Part shown: one piece after another, positions 18,600-27,576 of the stretch
Numbering within the stretch: position 1 is the first letter of the stretch
How the letters are laid out: every line of letters starts with the position of its first letter
Assembly (NCBI GenBank): GCA_045863395.1
Contig: BTVJ01000050.1
Span: forward strand, 1-50,865
Reading direction: 5' to 3'
DNA length: 50,865 nt
DNA from: Myxococcales bacterium
GTDB taxonomy: Bacteria; Myxococcota_A; UBA9042; JABWCM01; BTVJ01
Position numbers and translations under genes: made by a program
Notes under the pieces: generated by a model
Seen by the model: only the letters and a program-made list of their open reading frames with translations
Told to the model about the DNA's origin: nothing
Databases searched by the model: none

Positions 18600-18734
18600 T
18601 TGATCCCGACCAACATGCTTGAGGGCTGCGGGCGGACCAGCGTCGGCGAGTCCGCACGACCTCTCGGCACTGCTGCCGGTTCGGTCAGCGAAGTGGAGCA
18701 CCTGCTCCTGCTCGCGCGTGATCCTACCTGTCTG
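18600..18734 (+). pseudogene. Remnant of a four-helix-bundle (23S rRNA IVS-type) protein gene
   Basis: IPTNMLEGCGR..E.AR.L..A.GSVSEVEHLLLLARD matches the family pattern SIPANIAEGCGR..FL.IA.GSASE.EY.L.LA.D. No N-terminal half or start is present. Confidence 0.65.
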
Positions 18735-18763
18735 GCCGCCAAGCGGCACCGTCGCCGCGCTCC

Positions 18764-19165
18764 CTACCAGACTGTGCGCGGGTAGAAGCCTCGGATACGC
18801 TCGTCTGCAGTCACCAGGTCCGCGCCTGAGCGGAGAGCCAGGGCCACGATGACCCGGTCGGCGGGGTCTCGGTGTTCCCAGTCCAGATCGAGGCTCGCCA
18901 TCCAGCCATCAGCGGATACGGGGACGACGTCCACCACGCTCGTCTCTGACAGCCGCTCCACGAACTCCCGCAGTGACATCCCGAGCTCAAGCCGCTGCCG
19001 TTGACAGAGGAGCCCAATCTCCCAGATCGAGATGGAACTCACTTGCACCCTACGTTCCGCGCCGATCATGCAGCACGCTGCCGCTGCCGGTGCAGAGAGG
19101 CGCGCGGGCGCCATCGTCCACCACAACAGGGCGCATGTGTCGAGCACTAGTCCAACTGGGGCCAT
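18764..19165 (-). CDS. vapC: VapC PIN-domain toxin
   Basis: VLDTCALLWW, VSSISIWEI, HRDPADRVIVA, LVTADERI. Alternative GTG start 19147. Confidence 0.9.
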   Translation of the reverse strand: MAPVGLVLDTCALLWWTMAPARLSAPAAAACCMIGAERRVQVSSISIWEIGLLCQRQRLELGMSLREFVERLSETSVVDVVPVSADGWMASLDLDWEHRDPADRVIVALALRSGADLVTADERIRGFYPRTVW

Positions 19166-19380
19166 GCGTCACTCGTGGGGTCAGTGAGATCGCCTTCCGA
19201 ACGGAAGCGGAAACGGAAGGGGCCAAAGACCTCATCGACAGTTTGGACGCGGCGAATTGGCGAGATCCGTGCCACGGGTATCCGGTTGTGCGTGACGACC
19301 AGCTCTTCGCCGGTCTCCTCCACCTCGCGCAGGTACTCGAGCATCCGGCTCTTGAGCTCAGCCTTCGATACCGTCTTCAT
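19147..19380 (-). CDS. Phd/YefM-family antitoxin
   Basis: MKTVSKAELKSRMLEYLREVEETGEELVVT..PVARISP. Overlaps vapC. Alternative start 19419. Confidence 0.85.
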   Translation of the reverse strand: MKTVSKAELKSRMLEYLREVEETGEELVVTHNRIPVARISPIRRVQTVDEVFGPFRFRFRSEGDLTDPTSDAWPQLD

Positions 19381-19399
19381 CGTTCGCACCTTACGACCT

Positions 19400-19454
19400 A
19401 TGGTCATGTCCATGGTCATTGCGGAACTGTACCCTGCCCTCCACCGCACGTCAA
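19400..19454 (-). promoter_or_regulatory. sigma70 promoter plus operator-like repeat for the phd-vapC pair
   Basis: Minus strand TTGACG-N17-TACAGT (19454-19426). Two ATGACCAT copies (19400-19407, 19412-19419) sit at the predicted start site. Confidence 0.7.
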
Positions 19455-19871
19455 CCCCCGTGCGTTCAGTTCGGGCGCCACAAGGCGAGGGTCGCAGCTC
19501 GGTGAGGGCGCCGGTATGTAGGGCTTGATGGTGACTGCGGCTCGCCACGCTTGGAGGCCGTTGCGCTGAGCACCGGTCGAGGTCCAGAAGCCGCGGGATG
19601 CTTCGCGAGGGCGCCGCTCCCGGGTCCTGCTCGCCGTTCACGGGGCGGGTCTGCCTCCGTCTGAAGGAGCGGGACCGGGTACCGCGCCCGCGTCCAGGGG
19701 GGCGGCGAGTGTAAGCTCGCTGCTGGTGGCGCCGGTGCCGGGGTGCGGAGGCGTCCTTCCCCCGGACGGGCAAGACGGTGCGCCGGACGCATGATTGCCA
19801 CGAGGGTCCGTGTGGTGGCATCCTCCGCTGTGCACTGTAGTGTCTGGTGAAACGGATGTGCGAGGTGATGC

Positions 19872-22388
19872 ATGGCCCGTTGGTGGACGTTTGGCCTCGT
19901 CGTCGCGGTGGTTGGGTGCGCTGACGGCGCGGGAGAGGTGGGGGGCGGCGCGGACGCCATCGACATCGCCTCACAGGACGCGGTGGTGGATGCGACCGGC
20001 ACCGGCGACGGTACGGGGCCCTCGGGCGACGTGGGGAGCGTCGACTCCCTGGGGGGCGCGGGCGACGCAGGGTGGAGCAGCGGGGACGCCGAGGCGGATG
20101 TGGGCGGGAGCGCCGGAGACGCCGCTGTGGACACCGGCGGGGGCCAGGGCGACAGCGCGGACGGTGGCGGAAGCTCCGGTGATGCCGAGGACGGGGGCGG
20201 GAGTTCCGGAGACGCAGAGGACGGGAGCGGGACCGACGGCGACGGCGACGGGACTGCTGGGGATGCTGACTCCGGCCCGTCCGCCCCGCCGTGGCTCCCC
20301 GACGACCCGACCGACGACTGGTGCGACCGGGTCGTCCCCGGCCTGCCTGGCGCAGAGCCCTTCCCCGTGGCGCTCTCGGCGGCACACGCCGGCGTCCGCT
20401 TCTTCGGCGCCCACGCCAGCTACGTGGCGCCGGACGTGGCGCTCGCCGACGCCCTCTCTGGCGACGGCCCCGTCGTGCCGGATGACGCGCTCGCTGCCTA
20501 CGCCGCGGCGCTCCCCGGGGTGTGCGTGCGGGAGGCGGGGGTCGCCGGCGCCCTTGGCCCGGTCGAGGTGACCCTGGTCGGAAGCGTGGCCCTCGTGCGC
20601 CCCGGGGTGGGGGAGGTCGTGATCCCGGGTGAGGCGACGGCGTTCGCGGTGGACCTGCGCGAGCTGCCGCCATCCGCGGACCTGGGAGCAGCGGTGCGTG
20701 CCGCGGTCGCGCGCGCCGTCGCCAAGACGCTGCTCGGCCCGAAGCGCGTGGTCCGGCAGCACACCGGCATGACGGACCAGTACTTCGCAAGTCAGTCCGT
20801 ATACTCCTCAGCGCTCGTCAAGGACACGGTCGACCCCATCGCGCCCGCCGGCGGCGGGACGCTCCCGCTCCTGCTGATCACGGGCAAGGAGATGCCCCGC
20901 GACGCCATCGTCGTCGCCGCCATGCTGCGGCTGGCAGGGGGCGCCTTCGTCGCGGGGGAGGCCCTCTACACGGCCGTCGCCGAGGCGCGCTGGGCGCCGG
21001 TGGGTGACCGCGGGGTGGCGTGGCGAGACTCGGACCTCACGGGCGCAGAGCGGTGGCCGGACGTTATCCCGGCCGACTTCCCGCTGGCATCACCCGCCGA
21101 CCTGGACGCGCTCCTGGCGGCCCCGGACCAGTGGGCCGGCGGGCCGCCCCCCGTCGCGGGGGCTGCGACGCGCCCGCCCCTCGGGAAGCTGACCCCGTTC
21201 AACGACGCCCCCCCTGTCGCCGAGGGCCGCGGGGAGCTGCGCGCCGCCCCCATCGCCCTGCACGGGGCGCTGCGGCGCTTCTTCCCCTACTTCCCCGTCG
21301 TGGGGGACACCATCGACGAGCGCCTGCTCAGCCTCCTGGCCGAGGCGGACGTGGCCTCCACCGACCGCGCGACGATGCGCAACCTGTTGCGCCGCTTGCT
21401 GAACGCGGTGTCCGACGGCCACGGCTTCGTCTTCGATCCGGCGGGCGCGGGGGGCGCGGGCCTCCTGCTCGCGGTGGTGGACCACCTGGACGGGGAGCCG
21501 GTCATCCGGCGCTCGGCGACGCCGCAGCTCAAGCCCGGGGACACGGTGATCTCCATCGACGGCACTCCGGCCGCGGAGTGGTATGCCGCCCAGCAGGACC
21601 TGGTGTCCGCGGCCACGGAGGGCTATCGGTTGGACCTGATCAGCCGCCAGTGGATCAGGGCGACGGAGCCCCGGACCCTCGGCCTGCGGGCGGCAGACGG
21701 GACGGAGCGCACGGAGGTCGTGCCCCCGGGGACGGTGGCTGAGGCGCAGGCGATGGGCTTCGTCCCGTCCATGCGGCCGTCCGGGTGGCTCGACGACCTG
21801 GGAGCGCCGCAGCTCTACTACGTGAACATGGCCGGGGAGGTGGAGTGGGATACGGCCGCTCTCCTCGCTCGCATCAAGGACGCCCACGCTGCGGCAGGGA
21901 TGGTGGTCGACATGCGCGGCTACCCGGGCACCAACCACTACGCGATCCTGGCGGCGCTGATCCCGGGCCCCTTCTCTTCGCCAGTGTTCCGCGTGCCCCG
22001 GTGGCGGGGCCCCGAGGTCATGGACTGGAGCGAGTCTCAGATCAAGCAACAGGGTGCGCCGGACGCCTATGAAGGGCCCATCGCCCTGCTCGTGGGGCCG
22101 GTCACCGTGTCCGCCGCCGAGAACTTCGCCATGCAGCTCACCGGCGCCGACCGCGCGACGGTCGTCGGGCGGACCAGCGCGGGCACCAACGGCAACATCA
22201 CGGGCGTCCTGGTGCCGGGGGCCATGGCGCCCACGTTCACGGGCATGGAGGTGCTGTTCCCGGACGGCTCGCTGTTCCACGGCGTCGGCGTCGTGCCGGA
22301 CGTGCCGGTCATGCCGACGGCACAGGCCTTCGCGGCCGGCCAGGACCCGGAGCTCGAGGCCGCGGTGGAGCTGCTGCTCGCGCCGTGA
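19872..22388 (+). CDS. S41-family peptidase, lipoprotein
   Basis: Lipobox VVAVVGC, G/D/S-rich linker, PDZ-like LKPGDTVISIDG, VVDMRGYPG, catalytic TVSAAENF, TSAGTNGN, GVGVVPD. Confidence 0.88.
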   Translation: MARWWTFGLVVAVVGCADGAGEVGGGADAIDIASQDAVVDATGTGDGTGPSGDVGSVDSLGGAGDAGWSSGDAEADVGGSAGDAAVDTGGGQGDSADGGGSSGDAEDGGGSSGDAEDGSGTDGDGDGTAGDADSGPSAPPWLPDDPTDDWCDRVVPGLPGAEPFPVALSAAHAGVRFFGAHASYVAPDVALADALSGDGPVVPDDALAAYAAALPGVCVREAGVAGALGPVEVTLVGSVALVRPGVGEVVIPGEATAFAVDLRELPPSADLGAAVRAAVARAVAKTLLGPKRVVRQHTGMTDQYFASQSVYSSALVKDTVDPIAPAGGGTLPLLLITGKEMPRDAIVVAAMLRLAGGAFVAGEALYTAVAEARWAPVGDRGVAWRDSDLTGAERWPDVIPADFPLASPADLDALLAAPDQWAGGPPPVAGAATRPPLGKLTPFNDAPPVAEGRGELRAAPIALHGALRRFFPYFPVVGDTIDERLLSLLAEADVASTDRATMRNLLRRLLNAVSDGHGFVFDPAGAGGAGLLLAVVDHLDGEPVIRRSATPQLKPGDTVISIDGTPAAEWYAAQQDLVSAATEGYRLDLISRQWIRATEPRTLGLRAADGTERTEVVPPGTVAEAQAMGFVPSMRPSGWLDDLGAPQLYYVNMAGEVEWDTAALLARIKDAHAAAGMVVDMRGYPGTNHYAILAALIPGPFSSPVFRVPRWRGPEVMDWSESQIKQQGAPDAYEGPIALLVGPVTVSAAENFAMQLTGADRATVVGRTSAGTNGNITGVLVPGAMAPTFTGMEVLFPDGSLFHGVGVVPDVPVMPTAQAFAAGQDPELEAAVELLLAP

Positions 22389-22514
22389 CCCGGGGAGCGC
22401 GAGTCTCAGCGAGGCGTCCCACCGGGCCGGCGGTGGTTCCGTCTTCAGCGGGCGGTGTTGGTCCGCTCAGCGGGCTGACTTGACCTGCCTTCGTCTTACC
22501 TGGAGGCGCGAGAC

Positions 22515-22775
22515 GTGAAGACCACCGTATCGTCGAAGGGGCGAGCGGTGATACCGAAGGTGATCCGCGACCGCCTGGGGCGCACCCCCGGGCCCCCCCT
22601 CGAGATTGAAGAGCGCGGGGACGTCATCCTGCTCCGCGAGGCGCGGGGGAGGAAGCGATACACCGTCGACGATCTGCTCGCCCTGCCGAGACACTTCACG
22701 GCCCCACCCAAGAGCGAGGCCGAGATCGCGGAGGCACTCGACGAGGAGACGCGGCGCCGTTGGAGGGGGGAGTGA
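22515..22775 (+). CDS. AbrB/MazE-family antitoxin
   Basis: TTVSSKGRAVIPKVIRDRLG..G. RBS GGAGG. Confidence 0.85.
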   Translation: MKTTVSSKGRAVIPKVIRDRLGRTPGPPLEIEERGDVILLREARGRKRYTVDDLLALPRHFTAPPKSEAEIAEALDEETRRRWRGE

Positions 22776-23164
22776 CGGCGCTGGATACGACCGTGATCCT
22801 GCGCCTGGTCGTCCGTGACGACCCGGTGCAGATCGCCCGGGCCGCAGCGCTGATACGCAGACACGGCTGCTGGATACCGACCACCGTGCTGCTGGAGGCG
22901 GAGTGGGTGCTGCGCGCCGTCTACGGCTACACACGGGAGCAGGTCGTGGAGGCCCTGGAGCGGCTGGCCTCCATGGAGAACGTCGAGATCGAGCGCGCGA
23001 GAGACGTCGGACTCGCCCTCGACTGGCATCGGCTCGGGTTGCACCTCGCGGACGCTCTCCACTTGACGGCGAGCCAGGACTGTGACGGCTTCGCTACCTT
23101 CGACGGCGCTCTCTGCAACGCGGCGAGGCGGCACAGGCTCCGGTCAGGGGTCATCGAGCCGTGA
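22772..23164 (+). CDS. vapC: VapC PIN-domain toxin
   Basis: ALDTTVILR..DDP.Q, TVLLEAEWVL..Y, ADALH, FATFD. GTGA overlap. Confidence 0.88.
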   Translation: MTALDTTVILRLVVRDDPVQIARAAALIRRHGCWIPTTVLLEAEWVLRAVYGYTREQVVEALERLASMENVEIERARDVGLALDWHRLGLHLADALHLTASQDCDGFATFDGALCNAARRHRLRSGVIEP

Positions 23165-23288
23165 GGACGCAGAGAGCACCAGCAACGTTCGCGTCCTGGC
23201 TCTCAAGAGCGCCTTGACGAGCCCTGGCGGCCGTGCGTAGGTAGAAGGGGGCGACGCCGCCGTGCGCCGCGATGACGAGGCGAGGACC

Positions 23289-23666
23289 ATGGAGCCTGAT
23301 CGAGGTGACGCACTCTTCCAGTCCTGCGTGGATGGTGCGCGCGAGCGTCTTCGCCTCGCACGCGAGAGGGCGCTGGCGTGGAACGTCGAGGCGGTGGGGC
23401 AGGCGAGGGCGGCAGCCCACCGCCTGCGAGTCGAGTTTGGTGCGCGGGAGGTGATCCTGTTCGGGAGCGTGGCCCGCGGACAGGGTCGGCCTGGCTCAGA
23501 TGTGGATCTGCTGGTAGACGGCGTGGCCGACGAGCGCTGGTTCGATGCCTGCGCCGCTGCGGCCGACGAGGTTCGTTGCGCCGAGGTCGACATGGTCCCC
23601 CGCCGCCACGCCCGTCCCCACGTCTTGGAGCGCGCTCTGGCAGAAGGGAAGGTGCTCGATGGGTGA
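23289..23666 (+). CDS. Minimal nucleotidyltransferase (MNT) antitoxin
   Basis: VILFGSVARG....SDVDLLV..EVD. RBS GAGG. Confidence 0.88.
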   Translation: MEPDRGDALFQSCVDGARERLRLARERALAWNVEAVGQARAAAHRLRVEFGAREVILFGSVARGQGRPGSDVDLLVDGVADERWFDACAAAADEVRCAEVDMVPRRHARPHVLERALAEGKVLDG

Positions 23667-24150
23667 GCCGACGCCAGCCATGTTGCGGACCCTTGCCGCC
23701 GAGATCAGGGCCGAGCTTCCATCCATCGACCGCACGCTCGATGACGTGGCCTTGGCGGATCCAACCGGCGACGACGTGCTCGACCGATTGCGCCTCTACG
23801 CGGGCGCGGCCATCCTGGACACGTTCTACACTGGCGTCGATCGGCTCTTGGAGCGCGTCGCCCGCACCTTCGACGCGGTGCCCACCGGCCCCCACTGGCA
23901 CACGGAGCTGCTCGGGGCGGCGTCTCTCGACGTGCCAGGCGTCCGCCCACGCATCCTGACCCGGGAGTCTCTGGCTGGCCTGAAGCGCTATCTGGCCTTC
24001 CGCCACCGATTCCGCAACCTGTATCTCTTCGACCTGGACCCGCGGCAGATGGCGCCCCTGCTTGCGGACCTTGCGCCGGTGTGGACGACGGTGAGAGAGG
24101 ATCTCGCCGGATTCAGCGGCGCGCTCGATGCGCTCGCGGCCGCCGTGTAG
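23659..24150 (+). CDS. HEPN-domain (HepT-like) RNase toxin
   Basis: FYTG..RL.ERVA..D..P.G..WH.ELL and YLAFRHRFRNLY. Overlaps the MNT gene. Confidence 0.85.
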   Translation: MGEPTPAMLRTLAAEIRAELPSIDRTLDDVALADPTGDDVLDRLRLYAGAAILDTFYTGVDRLLERVARTFDAVPTGPHWHTELLGAASLDVPGVRPRILTRESLAGLKRYLAFRHRFRNLYLFDLDPRQMAPLLADLAPVWTTVREDLAGFSGALDALAAAV

Positions 24151-24305
24151 CGGCACGGGCCGGGCCGGTGCTCCCACACCCTTGCGCGACGCCTCTCGCC
24201 TCGGCTGTGGGGCAGCGGGACGTTGGACCCGACACGAACATCTGGGTGCAAGGATCTTGCCCCCAGCTTGTTGCTCCCATGGATAGAGCACTATACTCTG
24301 CCTCC

Positions 24306-24611
24306 ATGGGCGACCACCCCCTTGTCACCACTGCCGTCGACGATGCAACGAGCCCGAGCAAGGCGTCCGACGAGGACCGTCGTCGTCGTGCGGCTGAGCG
24401 GCGCTCCAGGGTGGTTCTGCGTCGCTCCTCGCTCGGAGAGGAGGGGGATCTGAGCCCCATCTGCGGAGCCGAGGCCGTCTCCCTGGTGGCGACACTGACT
24501 CGGGAAGCCTGGGCGCTCGGGGGCCTGCCGATGCCCGACTACGGCCGCCATCAGACCCCGTTGTGCATTGTGCCATTCTCGTCTCCAACTCCCCCCGAGG
24601 ACACGCGCTGA
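24306..24611 (+). CDS. Small hypothetical protein, probable partner of the downstream nucleotidyltransferase
   Basis: Ends 1 nt before the next ATG. TATACT -10-like hexamer at 24292. LTREAWALGG.P.P.Y.R motif. Confidence 0.55.
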   Translation: MGDHPLVTTAVDDATSPSKASDEDRRRRAAERRSRVVLRRSSLGEEGDLSPICGAEAVSLVATLTREAWALGGLPMPDYGRHQTPLCIVPFSSPTPPEDTR

Positions 24612-24612
24612 G

Positions 24613-25100
24613 ATGTCAGACCAACAGGCGCCGCCGCGCGACCGCCAGATCGACCTTCCCGACGACTTCCAGGACCTGCTCGCGGAACTCCACGATGCGG
24701 GCGCTGAGTTCGAGGTCGTGGGAGGGCACGCGGTCGCGTTTCACGGGCACCCGCGTGCTACGAAGGACCTGGACGTGCTCATCCGGCCCACAGCGGCGAA
24801 CGCGAGCCGAGTCTACCGCGCCCTTGCAGCGTTCGGCGCGCCGCCTTCGGGGTCTCGGCGGACGATTTTGCCACCTGCGATGGCATGCTGCAGGTCGGGT
24901 TGCCTCCCCGCAGCGTCGACCTCTTGAATCGAGCACAGGGCATCAGCTTCGACGATGCGGTTGCAGAGGGGACCTTCATCGTCCTGAGCGGTCGCCGCAT
25001 CCCCGTGATCGGCCTTCGGGCGCTGCTCAGGAACGAGCGGGCCGCAGGTCGCCCGCAGAACGTGGCGGACGTTCGCGCCTTGGAGGCGATCCGAAGGTGA
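24613..25100 (+). pseudogene. Frameshifted nucleotidyltransferase (DUF6036-like)
   Basis: First frame gives VVGGHAVAFHGHPRATKDLD..ALAAFGAP. The family C-half (FGVSADDF..QVGLPP..DLL...GISF..N.RAAGRP..AD) continues in another frame from ~24843. Confidence 0.8.
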
Positions 25101-25129
25101 GGTCGCGGTGCTGTCGTTCGCCTCACCTC

Positions 25130-26380
25130 TCACCGATCAAACAGCGCGAGGATCAGCCGCATGGCCGGGGCCCCCTTGGAGTCTCCCGCGCTCCGCAGCG
25201 CCTCGTGAGTCGCCGGCAGGGCGAGGCGGAGACTCCGCTGGGCCGCGGTGTCGCAGGTGGCGGCGTCCGCGATCCACTTCGCCACGGTCGCCTGCGCCTC
25301 CGGCCCGAGCAGGCTGGGTAGGTCCCACGCGGTCACGGCGCGGTCCGGCGGCACAGTGATCGCCCCAAGGCGGGCGTGCTCCAGCACGAGCGGTCCCCCG
25401 GCGGGCACGACGAGCACGTCCAGGCGCCCGAGGACCACGAGCGCGCCAGCCTTCAGCTTCAGCGACTCGCCCCGCCGCAGCAGCACCGCCCCGCTGGGTG
25501 CGCTCGTGACGCGCAGGGGGAGCGTCGCCTCTGTCCGCCAGGTGCCGGCCGTCGCCGCCGGAAACGCCTTCTTCAGCTCCGCTCCCAAGGTCGGCGGGGG
25601 CACGAGGTCCGGGAAGCCCCGCAGCTCCATGGGCCTCATGGCCTTGCTCATCCACGGGCGCTGCTCGACCGGCCCGACCACCGCCAGCGCCTTGAGCGCC
25701 GCGTCGTCCACGCGCGCATGCCCCTCCAGCCGCCCGTAGAGCGTGGCCAGCGCCGCCCCGTCGGCCGCCTTCAGGTCGCGAGCCGCGGATGCAGACCGCC
25801 GGAACAGGGCGCCGACCACCCACCCGTCGTAGGTTCCCGCGGCCTCCGTCGCGTCCAGCGCTGCGAGGAGGCGCTCCACCGACGGCGCACCCTCGACCAA
25901 TGCCGTCCACTCCCGCGCCACCAGGTTCAGCGGCGGCCTGGCGATGCCCCCGACGTCCAGGCGGGCCAGCGCCGCCTTCGCCTCGTCCGTCAGGGCGTCC
26001 GACGGTGACTGCTCCAGGGCGTCCAGCGCCTGCTTGCTCCGGGCCCACGCGCCCTCGCGGGCCAGTCGGGTCACGACGAAGGTCCGCTGCGCCTCGCCGG
26101 GGGTCGCGATGGCGGCCGGCACGACCCCGGCCAGCGGCACATCCTGCGCTCCAGACACGGCGGGGCTCCCCTCCGGCAGCGTCCGGCACGCCTCGGGGTC
26201 CGGCTCGGCGCCCGCAGCCTCGCCGGGCCCCACCCCGAGCGCCACGAGGACGACGGCCACCATGCGGACGAGGCGCGGAGACAGCCTCCCGACCAGCAGG
26301 CGTCCCCGGCGCAGCCGCCAGACGACCAGCGCGATCCCCACCGCCGCGACCCACAGCACGGCGTCACGCAGCCCGCTCAT
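25130..26380 (-). CDS. Hypothetical membrane-anchored protein coupled to the radical SAM gene
   Basis: ATGA overlap, RBS GAGGAGG, two N-terminal hydrophobic segments, GC3-rich frame. Confidence 0.7.
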   Translation of the reverse strand: MSGLRDAVLWVAAVGIALVVWRLRRGRLLVGRLSPRLVRMVAVVLVALGVGPGEAAGAEPDPEACRTLPEGSPAVSGAQDVPLAGVVPAAIATPGEAQRTFVVTRLAREGAWARSKQALDALEQSPSDALTDEAKAALARLDVGGIARPPLNLVAREWTALVEGAPSVERLLAALDATEAAGTYDGWVVGALFRRSASAARDLKAADGAALATLYGRLEGHARVDDAALKALAVVGPVEQRPWMSKAMRPMELRGFPDLVPPPTLGAELKKAFPAATAGTWRTEATLPLRVTSAPSGAVLLRRGESLKLKAGALVVLGRLDVLVVPAGGPLVLEHARLGAITVPPDRAVTAWDLPSLLGPEAQATVAKWIADAATCDTAAQRSLRLALPATHEALRSAGDSKGAPAMRLILALFDR

Positions 26381-27414
26381 GCTGCCTCCTCGCGCCCGAA
26401 CGCCAGCTTGCGGCAGGCGTTCCCGTTGCGCGCCTGGAGCCAGCACTCCCGCCCGTCGGCGCAGGTCGGGTTGCCGGGCCGTCGAAAGCGGGCAAACCCC
26501 TCCCGCCAGAGCTGCGACAGGGGGCGGTCCCGGATGTTGCCCGCGCTCTCCGCCAGGTCCGTGGTGGTGCAGGGCATGACCTCCCCCGTGGCCGTCACGA
26601 CGCAGGTGATGCGGCCGGCGCCGCACAGGAAGGGCGAATCCCGGTAGTAGGGGTCGTCCGTTCCGGCGCTCCCCCACTCGTTGTCCAGCTCCACGGGGAA
26701 CAGGCTGCGGGCGCGCCGGGCGAAGGCGGCCACCCTTCGGAGCTGGTCCGCCGTGGGGAACAGGCCCATCTGCTCCGCTCCCCGGCCCTCCGGCGCGAAC
26801 AGGTGCAGACCCCAGCCGTGGACTCCCGACGCCATGATCCCCGGCAGCATGTCGGCCACCAGGTCCGCGTTCTGGCGGGTCACGGTGGTGCCGGCGATCA
26901 CCTCCTCGCAGCCCGTCTCGCGCAGCACTGCCACTGCGGCTAGCGCGTCCCGGTACGACCCGGCCCGCCCTCGGAAGCGATCATGGTGCTCCTCGGGCCC
27001 GTCGATGCTCACGGCGACCATGGCGGGCGGGTGCTCCGCCAAGAGGCTCCGGTGGCGCGGCACGAGGCGGCCGTGGGTGTGCATGGACCACTCGATGCCT
27101 CGCCCCGCGGCCTCCCGGATCAGCTCCGGCAGGTCGGGGCGCAGCAGGGGCTCGCCGCCCGCCAACACGAGCGCGGGACGCCCCAACGCGACCAGCTCGT
27201 CGAGCAGCCCCCGCGCCTCATCGGTCGTCAGCTCCCCGTCCGCCCGCGGGCCCGCGTGGGAGTAGCAGTGGGCGCAGGTCAGGTCGCAGGCGCGGGTCGC
27301 CATCCACTGGACGGCGGTGGGGGGCCGCACGAGGCCGAGGCGGTGGATGAGGCGCGTCTCCACCTCCCAGACGGCCGCGGCGTGGCGCGCGTAGACGCGG
27401 TGCAGGATGCCCAT
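26377..27414 (-). CDS. Radical SAM protein with SPASM/twitch domain
   Basis: CDLTCAHC, GGEPLLRPD, VSIDG, CGAG..TGEVMPC..GNI..W, plus further C-terminal Cys residues. RBS GGAGG. Confidence 0.9.
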   Translation of the reverse strand: MGILHRVYARHAAAVWEVETRLIHRLGLVRPPTAVQWMATRACDLTCAHCYSHAGPRADGELTTDEARGLLDELVALGRPALVLAGGEPLLRPDLPELIREAAGRGIEWSMHTHGRLVPRHRSLLAEHPPAMVAVSIDGPEEHHDRFRGRAGSYRDALAAVAVLRETGCEEVIAGTTVTRQNADLVADMLPGIMASGVHGWGLHLFAPEGRGAEQMGLFPTADQLRRVAAFARRARSLFPVELDNEWGSAGTDDPYYRDSPFLCGAGRITCVVTATGEVMPCTTTDLAESAGNIRDRPLSQLWREGFARFRRPGNPTCADGRECWLQARNGNACRKLAFGREEAA

Positions 27415-27576
27415 GGGTCACCTCCGGGGCGTGCCTCCCATCATGCCCCGCAGGACGGCTCTCCGTCCACCGGGCGCCTGTCAAGCGACGGTTGCCTGCG
27501 CACTTTGGCCTCCACTCTCCCGCGCGTCGCGTTCTGCCCTTCCGCCCGCGCGCCGTCTCTGCCATGCTTGCGCGCC

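Noticed and set aside
19460..19870. ncRNA or small gene in the 400-nt intergenic gap
   Set aside because: I could not recognise an RNA motif or a convincing coding frame.
24830..24860. Programmed ribosomal frameshift
   Set aside because: No slippery heptamer or homopolymer, and residues appear to be missing.
26377..27576. RiPP biosynthetic cluster
   Set aside because: No credible precursor peptide, PqqD/RRE domain, protease or transporter is adjacent.
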